In this document: piece by piece, positions 9,427-19,197 of the stretch
How the letters are laid out: each line of letters opens with the position of its first letter
Position numbering within the stretch: position 1 is the first letter of the stretch
IMG/VR virus record: IMGVR_UViG_3300028048_000127
DNA length: 64,000 bases
Strand: one strand, 5' to 3'
Origin: an uncultured virus (IMG/VR IMGVR_UViG_3300028048_000127)
Lineage: Duplodnaviria > Heunggongvirae > Uroviricota > Caudoviricetes
The notes under the pieces: generated by a model
Told to the model about the DNA's origin: nothing
Databases searched by the model: none
What the model saw: the letters and a program-made list of their open reading frames with translations, nothing else
Made by a program: the position numbers and the translations under genes

Positions 9427-10722
9427 ATGGCTACAAAAAAATATGTTAAAGACGTCCAAAAAGAAGAAGGAAAATTTGGACATTATAAAACCGGTACAGG
9501 TGGTGGAGAACCAATTCCTGCCGGTAAGAAAATGACTAATGAAAAACGTGATCCTGCCCAACCCAGAGATTCGGAAGGCCACTTTACGTACAATGCGGTT
9601 AACGGCAAACCGTTAAAAGACATTTCAAAAGTCCACGGTCACAGTAGAGGAACGACAATTCCACCAACATTAACGGGTGGAGACGGTACAATTCACTACT
9701 ATTCCGATTCGTCTCATGACCATATCGTTAAGGGCGGTCAAGATGCGTTAGAAAAATATACGTCACTTACCGTATCGGAAGCATATCGTAAAGGTGACAA
9801 ATTGATTGGCTTTGATGGCAAAGTCGCTATTGCTCCAAAAGATTTTATGGAATCTGCAATGGAATATGTGGCTAACAAAGGCAAAGAAAAAGACTTAACC
9901 GGTGCTTTAAAAGAAGCCGCCGAAGCTCGCGCCTCTGGCGATAAGAAAGCATTAGGCGAAGCTATTGATAAAGTCTTAGCATCCGGACATTATGAAGGTG
10001 AACCAACAGGTTCTTGGGAAAGAAAAGAAGTTGAAACTCCTGAAGAAAAACGTGCATTTGAAAAGGCTAAAGAAGAAAAAACTAAAGGACACGAACTTCT
10101 CGAAAGAAAACGCGAAGAAGAAGTTGCCGCCGCTCCTAAATATAAAAAGATGGCTTCTTGGTTTAGTTCTTACAAACCAAGCGTTGCTCCTTCTACTCCA
10201 ACAGAAGCAAAAGAAGAAGTCAGAGAATCTGCTCCTGCTAGTGCTACCGCATCATTAAGTGATGAACAAATCTCAAAATTTGCTGAAAAGATTAAAACTC
10301 CAGGACTTACTAGAGGAATGATTGAAGAAGCACTTGCTGATCCAGAAAGTGGATTAAGCTCTGTTGATGATATTTTATCTGCTATTGAAGAAAAACCAGA
10401 AGAAAGTAAGACTGAAGAACTTACACCAAAAGAAGCGGACAAGATCGAAGAAGCATCCGAAGAAGCGACTGAAGACGAATTAGTTAAAGTTATGCAAGGT
10501 ATCGGAAAGAAAGCACTTATCGATGTGTTCCGTTCCGGTTCGGAAGAAGGTAAAGCCGCGATGAGCGATATCTTACCATTTGCTAAAGAATGGTCAAAAG
10601 GCAAATCCGAAATGGAAGGTAAAGAAGATATGGAACTAGTTATTTCTTACATCAACGAAAAACTCGGTAAAACCGAAGATGAAGAAAAAGAAGAAACCTT
10701 GAAAGAGTTTAGAGGTGAATAA
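9427..10722 (+). CDS. Putative capsid-internal protein
   Basis: QPRDSEGHF motif; ends EETLKEFRGE, resembling the scaffold C-terminus. Confidence 0.6.
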   Translation: MATKKYVKDVQKEEGKFGHYKTGTGGGEPIPAGKKMTNEKRDPAQPRDSEGHFTYNAVNGKPLKDISKVHGHSRGTTIPPTLTGGDGTIHYYSDSSHDHIVKGGQDALEKYTSLTVSEAYRKGDKLIGFDGKVAIAPKDFMESAMEYVANKGKEKDLTGALKEAAEARASGDKKALGEAIDKVLASGHYEGEPTGSWERKEVETPEEKRAFEKAKEEKTKGHELLERKREEEVAAAPKYKKMASWFSSYKPSVAPSTPTEAKEEVRESAPASATASLSDEQISKFAEKIKTPGLTRGMIEEALADPESGLSSVDDILSAIEEKPEESKTEELTPKEADKIEEASEEATEDELVKVMQGIGKKALIDVFRSGSEEGKAAMSDILPFAKEWSKGKSEMEGKEDMELVISYINEKLGKTEDEEKEETLKEFRGE

Positions 10723-10723
10723 A

Positions 10724-11503
10724 ATGGCATTCGATAATTTAAAAGGTTTTTTAGGAAAAGCGCCATCTGCTGAGCCAAAGGTCGAAGAACCTAAGGCTAT
10801 TTCTCCTGAACACAAAGCAAACTTGGAGAAGATGAGTGAATTCCAAAAAATTCACGAAATTAATCCAGCTAAATCATCTTATCAACTTCCTGGCGATTTT
10901 GAAAAAGATGAAAAAGGCGAAGTTATTAAAACTCTCGATCCAAAAACTGGAACAATGAAAGCGAAACCTCATTTTACTCCATATTCTGAAATTGCTGAAG
11001 ATCCAGAAAAGTTAAAATCGGTTATGGGTAAATATCATCAGCCCGAAGCGATTGAACTTGCTAAGAGTCGTAAAGCATATGCCGAAGAGGAAATGAAACT
11101 TCCGGAAAATATCGGTCCCGTTACGAAACGTGTCTTATCGCATCCAAGTTATGAAGAAATGGACGCTAAAGACAAGAATATGTTTAACACGTTCTATAAA
11201 GAGGCGACAAAACAAAGTTTTATCCCTAATTTTAAAGAAGATGTGCTTGATTATAAGGGTGAAGGCGATATCGGTTTATTCATTAGCGATTGGTCCGATG
11301 CGATTCGCAGTAATCCAAACTTTAAAGATGCGCTTATGCAACATATTCCTGCTGATATGATTTCTAACGTCGCAGAAGAAGATGAACCAGAAGCGTTGGC
11401 TAAATATCTTTATCAAACAAGCGATAAGACATTAGATAAAATTCAAGATACATATTACAAAAACGCATTAAGAGAAATTATCAAACATAAGAAAGGTAAA
11501 TAA
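10724..11503 (+). CDS. Putative capsid-internal protein
   Basis: N-terminus MAFDNLKGFLG resembles the next gene's MAFEGLKKLSG; contains DPKTG. Confidence 0.6.
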   Translation: MAFDNLKGFLGKAPSAEPKVEEPKAISPEHKANLEKMSEFQKIHEINPAKSSYQLPGDFEKDEKGEVIKTLDPKTGTMKAKPHFTPYSEIAEDPEKLKSVMGKYHQPEAIELAKSRKAYAEEEMKLPENIGPVTKRVLSHPSYEEMDAKDKNMFNTFYKEATKQSFIPNFKEDVLDYKGEGDIGLFISDWSDAIRSNPNFKDALMQHIPADMISNVAEEDEPEALAKYLYQTSDKTLDKIQDTYYKNALREIIKHKKGK

Positions 11504-12624
11504 TGGCTTTTGAAGGTTTAAAGAAGTTAAGTGGCGGTGCGGGCGTCATTGTTTCGCCAACAAAAGGTGATGGACGAGGCAATGATTTGCACGACGCTAA
11601 AACTGGAGAATTTGTAGAAAAAGGCGCTACTGGTAGTGTTGGAGAAACAAAACCAGAAGCCCCTATTGAAACAAAATCTCGAGATTTTACTAATGTCTCT
11701 AACTTTTTTAATAAACTCGCCAATGTTTACGAAGCTCCTACGATGAAGAACTTCATTCTCAATCGTCAGAAATTCATAAGTAAAGAGCGTTATATCACGC
11801 CTCAAGAAAAGAAAAACGCAGAATTAATGAGACCTTATGTGAAAGAAATGTTAGATAATTCGAACTTCACAATTTGTATTCAATTCGATCATTTCTTATC
11901 ATTCCTTAAAGACGGTAGATATAAAAACCAATTTGAGACCGGAAAGTCACACGGATTATTATCATCTCACGTTAGGTTTAATTCTTCTAGACAAATGTTT
12001 GGACACGATTTAGATGATATTACATTAGGCAAGAGCCTAGAAAAATACGGATGCTTGCAAGCTAAGAACATTAAAGATTATTTTGAAGAAAAATCCGGTG
12101 CGAAATACGGCGGATACGGAGCATCTGGATATTCGGGCAACGACGGATTGCATTGCGCTATGATATTAAAGAAAGCAAATTTGCGCGATAGAACGACATA
12201 TTGCATGGGCGATTCGCTCAATACCGGAGTATATCCACAAAAATATTCGCAACCGTTCGATGTTTATGTTTCGAATCGTCACGGAAAATTTGACAATTTA
12301 GAAAGTATTACAGCGTTGTTCAAAGACAACCTTCGCACTCCTTGTAGATTAGGTGGTGCATTAGGTTCTGGTTATTTTATTGAAGCACAATACCATGGAG
12401 ATGTTACGGACAAAGATGTTTCTAAATTAGTTATTGGTGGAAGAACAGTTTTTAACAATATGGACATTTCTAGAAAGAAAGAATTGTTAGAAGGATGTAA
12501 TGCTAGAGGTATTAAAGTATTTGTGAACAACGGAAAAGACGACGGCCTCGAAGAGGTCAAACTTGACCAAGACGGCAATATATATTACACTATATATGAA
12601 AGCGAGGTTATCGACGATGATTAA
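11503..12624 (+). CDS. DUF3626-like protein, putative ADP-ribosyltransferase-fold effector
   Basis: GRYKNQFETG.S.G, KYG, RTTYCMGDS and FIEAQYHG motifs as recalled for DUF3626; N-terminal HDAKTGEF. Confidence 0.65.
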   Translation: MAFEGLKKLSGGAGVIVSPTKGDGRGNDLHDAKTGEFVEKGATGSVGETKPEAPIETKSRDFTNVSNFFNKLANVYEAPTMKNFILNRQKFISKERYITPQEKKNAELMRPYVKEMLDNSNFTICIQFDHFLSFLKDGRYKNQFETGKSHGLLSSHVRFNSSRQMFGHDLDDITLGKSLEKYGCLQAKNIKDYFEEKSGAKYGGYGASGYSGNDGLHCAMILKKANLRDRTTYCMGDSLNTGVYPQKYSQPFDVYVSNRHGKFDNLESITALFKDNLRTPCRLGGALGSGYFIEAQYHGDVTDKDVSKLVIGGRTVFNNMDISRKKELLEGCNARGIKVFVNNGKDDGLEEVKLDQDGNIYYTIYESEVIDDD

Positions 12625-12928
12625 AATTATTGGCGGTTATAAAGAAAGCGAAATAATGCCTTTAAACATTATTGTAGAATATAAAGACCTGTATTGGCTT
12701 TTGTATAGAGATCACGATTCTGATTTTATTTACGGCGATTTAGAACCTTATAAATCGTTAGAAGAATTAGAAATTGTTCCAAATGTTGAAGTTGATGAAG
12801 ATACAAAAATGAAAGTATTATCTATGCTTCTTAAAAATAAAGAAAACATCGATAGAAACATTAGAACTTATATTCTAGATGAGACTTACGATCCAATTAC
12901 AAGAGAATGGATAAAACCTGAAAAATAA
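12617..12928 (+). CDS. Small acidic protein, possible immunity partner of the upstream effector
   Basis: Overlaps the end of 11503-12624; GAGG SD. Confidence 0.5.
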   Translation: MIKIIGGYKESEIMPLNIIVEYKDLYWLLYRDHDSDFIYGDLEPYKSLEELEIVPNVEVDEDTKMKVLSMLLKNKENIDRNIRTYILDETYDPITREWIKPEK

Positions 12929-12998
12929 TCAGGTTTTTTTCTTGACTTCTTTCTAATATATGCTATCATATAGACACAAAAAGGAAGGAGTTGCGTTT

Positions 12999-13787
12999 AT
13001 GATCGGGGCAATTATTGGCGATATAGTCGGTTCGGAATATGAATTTCACAATACGAACCGTTACGATTTTAAAATGTTCGGTCCGGAATCGAGATTTACG
13101 GACGATTCGGTTTGTTCTTTAGCAATCGCTTATTCATTACTAATGAACGGAACCAAATCAGAGGATTTTAAAAGAAATTTAGTAGAAATATGTAAGAGGT
13201 ATCCTTATGCCGGATACGGACAAATGTTTTTTGATTGGTTATTTTTTGATGTAGAAAAGAAACCTTATGGTTCTTTTGGAAATGGCGCCGCTATGAGAAT
13301 TAGTGCTATCGGTTGGTATGCTCAAAGTGCCAAAGAAGTCAAAAGATTGGCCATTGATGCTACGCGTATCACACACAACCATAAAGAAGGATTAAAAGGC
13401 GCGGGCGTAATTGCAATGATGATCTACCTTATTAGAAAAGGCAAAAGCAAAGCGTTCTTATGGCAATATGTGTCTAAATATTATGATATGAATCCGATGA
13501 GAGACATATTTAGCAAAACCAAAGAACACGGAATGGAAATTTGCCAAATAACTGTTCCACAAGCCATTCACTGCTTCTTCCAGTCTGATAACTTTGAGGA
13601 TTGTATCAGAAAGGCCGTTTCTTTAGGCGGCGATTCGGATACAATCGCTTGTATCGCTGGGTCTCTTGCCGAAGCGTATTATGGCGTACCGGAATGGATG
13701 GTTACGAAATGTTACGAAAAGTTAACGCCTCAGTTACGCGATATATTAAAAAGTTTCGAACGACAATATTGTGTTGCAAAAAAATAG
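12999..13787 (+). CDS. ADP-ribosylglycohydrolase (ARH/DraG family)
   Basis: GAIIGDIVGS.YEF, FTDDS, SFGNGAAMR, ITHNH, GGDSDTIACIAG motifs; own promoter at 12943-12969. Confidence 0.95.
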   Translation: MIGAIIGDIVGSEYEFHNTNRYDFKMFGPESRFTDDSVCSLAIAYSLLMNGTKSEDFKRNLVEICKRYPYAGYGQMFFDWLFFDVEKKPYGSFGNGAAMRISAIGWYAQSAKEVKRLAIDATRITHNHKEGLKGAGVIAMMIYLIRKGKSKAFLWQYVSKYYDMNPMRDIFSKTKEHGMEICQITVPQAIHCFFQSDNFEDCIRKAVSLGGDSDTIACIAGSLAEAYYGVPEWMVTKCYEKLTPQLRDILKSFERQYCVAKK

Positions 13788-13808
13788 GATTATTTTTATA
13801 ATAATCTT

Positions 13809-14381
13809 ATGGAAGGCAATAACATTCAAACAATTACCAAAATGGGTAGCCCTTCAAAACCGTCTTTTTTCTCCAAGAACAAAGGCAAGATTTTGAAAGG
13901 TGCTGCTGGATTACTCGGAGCCGCTGCTACTATCGGTATCGGTTCTGCTATGGGGGCGCCAGGTGCTGCCGCTCCTGTTTTTGGTATGAAAGGTTATAGA
14001 ACCGGACGTTCTTTATTAGGAACCGGACAAAGTTTATTTAAAAAACTAAATCCTGAAGCTAAACCAATGAAAGTTAAACTTCCTAAGCAAAAAGAAATCA
14101 AAACTGCTAAACCTCCAATGATCAAACCTAAGAAAGTCGAAGTTTCTCCGGAAGAGAAAGCGCAAGTAATGAATTGGTATGGTGTTAGTGGATTTAAACC
14201 AGGTGCTTCCTTAAAGAAAGAAAAGGATATAACTCCAAAACTTAGACCATCTGCTAAAGCTAAAGCGACCAAGTATGGTAAGAAGATGGCTGCCAAGGAC
14301 CCTGGCGCAGTTATGTTTAATTATCCAGGAAAAGTTAAAGAAGATTTAGATAAGGAAAATACCTTAAAATTATTTAGATAA
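13809..14381 (+). CDS. Lys-rich basic protein with Gly/Ala hydrophobic segment; probably leaderless
   Basis: ATG 6 nt after TATAAT; ends KENTLKLFR. Confidence 0.7.
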   Translation: MEGNNIQTITKMGSPSKPSFFSKNKGKILKGAAGLLGAAATIGIGSAMGAPGAAAPVFGMKGYRTGRSLLGTGQSLFKKLNPEAKPMKVKLPKQKEIKTAKPPMIKPKKVEVSPEEKAQVMNWYGVSGFKPGASLKKEKDITPKLRPSAKAKATKYGKKMAAKDPGAVMFNYPGKVKEDLDKENTLKLFR

Positions 14382-14392
14382 AGGAGACGCGT

Positions 14393-14944
14393 ATGTATAT
14401 AGATAGTAAAAAATTTGCTCAGTTAAGAGAAGCGTCACGTAACGGTGATGTAAAAGCATCTGAAATTCTTAAATCGTTTAGAGATGGTGGTGAACACGTC
14501 TCTGAAATGATTGAAGAATATTTTGCTCCTAAACCAGAAGTGAAAGAAGAAGTTATTGAAGAAGACAGAAAAGATATGTCTCGCTTAGATAAGTTCCTTG
14601 CAGATAATGATGTGAGCAAAGATTCTCCAGAATATAAAGAATATGTTGAAGAATTTAACAATATGTTCCCTGAAGAAAAAGTCGAACCTGAAGAAAAGGT
14701 CGAAGAGGAAAAAGTTGAACCTGAAGACGAAACATTCAGTATGCAAAAACTTATCGAAGACGAATCCGAAGCTATCGAAGGCTACGACAAGAAAATTCTT
14801 GAAATTACAAATCTTGATATGGATTCTACATTAAAGATGGGCATCATTGCCGAACTTACTCAAATCAAGAATGAGGAAATCAGACATTTGAACTCTTTAC
14901 AAGAATTAGAAAATAAACTTCACAGTAAGGAGAAACAATTGTGA
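14393..14944 (+). CDS. Protein with C-terminal ferritin-like helical hairpin
   Basis: EDESEAIEGY ... KNEEIRH motif pair. Confidence 0.55.
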   Translation: MYIDSKKFAQLREASRNGDVKASEILKSFRDGGEHVSEMIEEYFAPKPEVKEEVIEEDRKDMSRLDKFLADNDVSKDSPEYKEYVEEFNNMFPEEKVEPEEKVEEEKVEPEDETFSMQKLIEDESEAIEGYDKKILEITNLDMDSTLKMGIIAELTQIKNEEIRHLNSLQELENKLHSKEKQL

Positions 14945-16170
14945 GTATTTTAAGAAAAAAACCTTTTATTGAAGAATTGCTTGGTGAATTAAGTGTTGCC
15001 GAAATTGAAAGATTGACAACCGTTATCAACCAAAAGGGAACTCCAGAGACTGTTAGTCTCCCTTTAAATTTACCAAATGCAATTCCTTTTTCTGCTCCAG
15101 AATTGGTCGATGATAAGATTAAATTAGTCAATTTATTCATTGGCTCTAATTCTGGATATACCGGAATTTTGGTATATCATTCTACAAGTTATTGTGCTTT
15201 TATTGGTACAGTACCTTTCGAAAACGATATTATCAAGTTGTTTAAACTTGACGTTACGAACCGTAAGGCTGAACCGATTAACGAAAAGTTAACCGCCGAT
15301 GAGCTACGTAGAGTTATTGATGATACGGTTGAGGCGACACAAGGCGAAGTGACGCAAGCAGATTTGGCAGACAAAGTTAAGTTTATCGAAGTCTCTAACA
15401 TTACCGCTTTAACCGATGCACAAATTGACGGATTAAAAGTTGGTGATGTTGTTCAAAAAATTACTGGCAGTATGAAGCATTGTTATACTGTTACTTATAA
15501 ACAAGAGCATCACGGTATTTGCTTATCCTACTTTGATTGTGGTTATTTAGAAACTATTTCTTATGACTATACAGAAGGACATTGGGTGTTTAATTCCAAA
15601 GATGTATGTGAAGTTCAAGGAAATATCAAACTTGGAACTTATATCCTTAGTGGTGAAACATTAAAGTGGGTTGAAGAATTTCCATCTGATTATAGTGGAA
15701 CTGCATATAGTTTTGGTGATGATGGACTATACATTGAGAATTATGCTGATGGTAGTTTTGAGAATTCTATTTTTATTGCCTCAGGAAGTGCTGAAGTTTC
15801 TTCAGCCGATGGTTCATACGCTTATTATAATGTTGATGGTGCAAATAAACTCAACTTCGCAGAACTCACTCATTCACTTGCCGAACTTGATTCTACATTA
15901 AGACAACTCGTTGAAGATGCTATTGATGATAGTTCTCAAGGTGTCGCTTGCACACAAGCACAATGGGATGTTATCAAAGCATTATTAGATAAATCACTAT
16001 ATTTTAATTATGAGAATGTTTCAATGATAAAGACATTCACTAATGGAATAAATATGTATACTTTCGGTGGACTTTCATATACAGGAGAAAGCGTGTATAC
16101 TGAATACACATTAGGTTTTTATTATGATAGTGGAAATGAAAACTTAAGTTGTAAATTCATTGAAATCTAA
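14941..16170 (+). CDS. Putative virion structural protein
   Basis: 409 aa, beta-rich, in the structural operon. Confidence 0.55.
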   Translation: MSILRKKPFIEELLGELSVAEIERLTTVINQKGTPETVSLPLNLPNAIPFSAPELVDDKIKLVNLFIGSNSGYTGILVYHSTSYCAFIGTVPFENDIIKLFKLDVTNRKAEPINEKLTADELRRVIDDTVEATQGEVTQADLADKVKFIEVSNITALTDAQIDGLKVGDVVQKITGSMKHCYTVTYKQEHHGICLSYFDCGYLETISYDYTEGHWVFNSKDVCEVQGNIKLGTYILSGETLKWVEEFPSDYSGTAYSFGDDGLYIENYADGSFENSIFIASGSAEVSSADGSYAYYNVDGANKLNFAELTHSLAELDSTLRQLVEDAIDDSSQGVACTQAQWDVIKALLDKSLYFNYENVSMIKTFTNGINMYTFGGLSYTGESVYTEYTLGFYYDSGNENLSCKFIEI

Positions 16171-16235
16171 TCTATGAACAATTTAGTTGCTAAATAATAA
16201 ACAAACATACATTTAATTTATAGGAGAAATAAATT

Positions 16236-16532
16236 ATGACACACGAAGAAATAAAAGCTAGAAGAGAAGCAGCTCGTGCTGCTGAAGCAGCGAGAATTGC
16301 TGCAATGCAACCGAAACCTCTAACTCCAGAAGAACAAGCGTTAAGAGCGAAAAAAAGAGAAATCAATCGTCTCAAATCAAAACTTTCCGCTACGGATTAT
16401 GTCGCTTTAAAACTTGCCGAAGCGTTAGCGAAAGGAAACGCTGATGCAATTTTAGAAGAATACGCAGCAGTATTATCTAATAGAGAAACCTGGAGAACCA
16501 GGATTAACGAATTAGAAGCAGAACTTCAATAG
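16236..16532 (+). CDS. Tail-fibre chaperone-like small helical protein
   Basis: L..TDY...K..E...R..WR..IN.LE pattern. Confidence 0.5.
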   Translation: MTHEEIKARREAARAAEAARIAAMQPKPLTPEEQALRAKKREINRLKSKLSATDYVALKLAEALAKGNADAILEEYAAVLSNRETWRTRINELEAELQ

Positions 16533-16604
16533 CCGTAACAAAAAGAGGGACAACAATCCCTCTTTTTTTATTGCTTTTTTATATTCCTTATTTTAATATA
16601 ATAT

Positions 16605-16680
16605 TTGGGTTAATGGTATGACTGTTCCGTTAATCTTTTTCCGGGGAGTTTAGTCCTAAAGACTATGCTCCTTTTTTTTA
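16605..16680 (+). ncRNA. Putative small RNA
   Basis: Promoter-like TTGCTT/TATAAT after a terminator; ends in GGAG...CTCC hairpin + T-run. Confidence 0.35.
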
Positions 16681-16733
16681 TCTTGTTTTTTATCTACTGG
16701 GAATTTATAATAAATTCAAGAGGTAAAACAAGT

Positions 16734-17009
16734 ATGAAAATTGTTATTGATGTTAAGAATGGCTCAAAAACTCAAAATTTCGGCAAAAACGATTTAATCG
16801 TTTATGATGGCAAACAATGGTATGTTACTACCGTTGAAGATCTTTATTCGCACTTAGAAAAAAGATATAACGATATGATAGCCAAAATGGATCAAAAAAT
16901 AAACGACATCAAAACAAGTTATGCTGAGTTTTTGCTCGCTTATAATGAGCAAAATTCTAAATTGTTACCGATAATCGAGAATTTACTCGAGAAGGATGAA
17001 GAAAAATGA
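16734..17009 (+). CDS. Hypothetical coiled-coil protein
   Basis: GAGG SD before ATG at 16734. Confidence 0.7.
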   Translation: MKIVIDVKNGSKTQNFGKNDLIVYDGKQWYVTTVEDLYSHLEKRYNDMIAKMDQKINDIKTSYAEFLLAYNEQNSKLLPIIENLLEKDEEK

Positions 17010-17956
17010 AAAGAAAAATTTTAGTTCTATTAAGCTGTTTATTCTGCGCCGGTGCGTTATGTAGCGCTCCGTTACTTATCGCTTCGTCTCATAGCGTTCC
17101 AGTAATGGCCGAAGAAGCAGCGCCAAGTGTCGTTATTGAAAGTAGCGAACACGGCAAAGTATCGATTCGAGACGCTAAGGAAAGCTACGTTGCGGGAGAA
17201 ATCGTCACATTAGACATCGCTCCATCACATTTCTATATGTTAAGCAGCGTTTCGGTCAACGGCGTTTCGGTTGTCGCCGATGAGAATGGCGAGTACAAAT
17301 TCGCATTAGCAAGTGGCGAAAACAAAATCTCCGCATCATTTGTTGTGGACGAAAAATTGCTTGGCGAATTTGCTGATATATATGTCGCCGCGCAAAACAA
17401 AGACTGGAAATCATTATTTTCACCACAAACACTCTTTATCTTAATTAACTTCATTGTTAATAGTGGAATTGGATTCACTCTTGTTAGCGTATTTGTTAAA
17501 TATAAGAAGAGCGGTTCTACCGATAGAGAAGAAATCATTTCTACAATTAAAGAAGTTGTTCCAGCGGAAAGCAAAGCAATCATTGCTGATATTACACAGA
17601 ATTTATTAGCGCCGATTGGAAAAGAAATCGATGAGATGAACGAAGCGCTTAAAAAATTCCTTCAAGCATTCTTGTATTCGTTAGATGGAACAATGGAAAG
17701 CAAAGAAAAAATCATTTCTCTCATCTCTGGATTAGATCTCTCCGAAAAGAATTCGATTGACGAAATGAAACAATGGTTCAAAAACGAATCAACTCGCATC
17801 GAAGAGAAAACAAACGAATATAAACGTATCATTGCGGAAATGAAAGAAGCAAACGCGAAGGCTCTTAGCGAAACTAAACCTATCGCATTAGAAAAAACGG
17901 AAAAAGATGAAATAACAGAAGAAAAGGAACAAACATACGATGGCACAAGTATCTAA
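17006..17956 (+). CDS. Membrane-anchored protein: signal peptide, InlB-B-repeat-like beta domain, TM helix, coiled coil
   Basis: HGKVS...GEIVTL...P..Y.LSSVSVNG...Y.F....KISASF pattern. Confidence 0.6.
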   Translation: MKRKILVLLSCLFCAGALCSAPLLIASSHSVPVMAEEAAPSVVIESSEHGKVSIRDAKESYVAGEIVTLDIAPSHFYMLSSVSVNGVSVVADENGEYKFALASGENKISASFVVDEKLLGEFADIYVAAQNKDWKSLFSPQTLFILINFIVNSGIGFTLVSVFVKYKKSGSTDREEIISTIKEVVPAESKAIIADITQNLLAPIGKEIDEMNEALKKFLQAFLYSLDGTMESKEKIISLISGLDLSEKNSIDEMKQWFKNESTRIEEKTNEYKRIIAEMKEANAKALSETKPIALEKTEKDEITEEKEQTYDGTSI

Positions 17957-18170
17957 GTACAAAAAACCCAAAATATTTATTCTTACTGTTGGTGTCGCCA
18001 TAATTATAGGCATCATAGCATTCGTCCTTGCCTATGGAATTGGACAAGGATGGGACGTAGTTGCTGCTTGGTTCGGTAGCAGATACGCCTTCCTATTATA
18101 TGTAGGATTAGGTCTTTACGGTTTATTAGTTGCATTTATATTTGTAATGGATTGGTATAAGAAATTATGA
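17940..18170 (+). CDS. Small two-TM membrane protein (holin-like topology)
   Basis: Two hydrophobic helices with basic termini. Confidence 0.55.
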   Translation: MAQVSKYKKPKIFILTVGVAIIIGIIAFVLAYGIGQGWDVVAAWFGSRYAFLLYVGLGLYGLLVAFIFVMDWYKKL

Positions 18171-19177
18171 AAAAGTTTACAGAAAACGAAACATTTCGAA
18201 AATTAATGAACCGTAAAATAATTCTTGGTGTGGCGGCAATTGTTATGGCGATTGCCTTCATCGGCATTACATCATTTGTCCCGTTTATTATTACAGGAGA
18301 TAAATTGTCTTCTGAGAAATTCTGGACAGATGAATTAATCATCATTGCAATTACTATCTTTGCATTAGTGGCGGTTATGTTCGTAGGACAAGCTAGTAAT
18401 GCACAAAACAAAGACAGTGAAATTGCAAAATCCAAAGTCGAGTTTATGAGTAGTGTGAAAAACATTACTAACATTAATGCCTTCTCGCAATGGGTTAAGA
18501 AAGTTCTCCAACCTTCTGATATTCAATGTATCAAAGAAAGAGAATTAAGAAAAATAGGTATAGACGATTACACGATTCTTTACTTAGAAGATGAACAAAT
18601 CAAGTCTCTAGCCGACGGCCCTCAATATTATGAGTGGCATAATAAAAACGAAAAAGGCAAACATTACTACAGTAAAATCACTCTAGAACAAGCCGAATTT
18701 GTTGTATCACTAAAATTAGGTGTTAAGAAAATCAGACTTGTCGAACCTGGGTACTACTTGAGTTTCTCTTCAATGGATGTCGATAAGACCGATTCTGAAA
18801 AATCCGGAAGAGAATCCTTTAAGAAAACGATGCGCTTGATTATATCAATAGTCAGTAAAATCGTTATTACATTATTACCAGCAATGATTCTCGCTGCGTT
18901 AGCACGTGACTTAACTCAAGATAGCGTTGATGTAGCAGAAGCCTGGGCAACATTCTTCGCTAGAATGTTCGCGCTTCTATCCTCAGCGTTTATGGGATAC
19001 ATGGTCGGATGTCAAACAAATGACATTGATGCGGACTACATTAGATTAAGAGTTCGTGTTCACAATCGTTATTTGCAAGATCCAGACTTCAAACCATTAA
19101 CGCAACAAGAAGAAGCCAAAAAAGAATACTTAGAAAACGAAGATCTTAAGAAAAAACTCGAAACAAGTAAAGCGTAA
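18167..19177 (+). CDS. Four-TM membrane protein with central soluble domain
   Basis: Hydrophobicity pattern. Confidence 0.7.
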   Translation: MKKFTENETFRKLMNRKIILGVAAIVMAIAFIGITSFVPFIITGDKLSSEKFWTDELIIIAITIFALVAVMFVGQASNAQNKDSEIAKSKVEFMSSVKNITNINAFSQWVKKVLQPSDIQCIKERELRKIGIDDYTILYLEDEQIKSLADGPQYYEWHNKNEKGKHYYSKITLEQAEFVVSLKLGVKKIRLVEPGYYLSFSSMDVDKTDSEKSGRESFKKTMRLIISIVSKIVITLLPAMILAALARDLTQDSVDVAEAWATFFARMFALLSSAFMGYMVGCQTNDIDADYIRLRVRVHNRYLQDPDFKPLTQQEEAKKEYLENEDLKKKLETSKA

Positions 19178-19197
19178 CTAATATGGGAGGTATCGTT

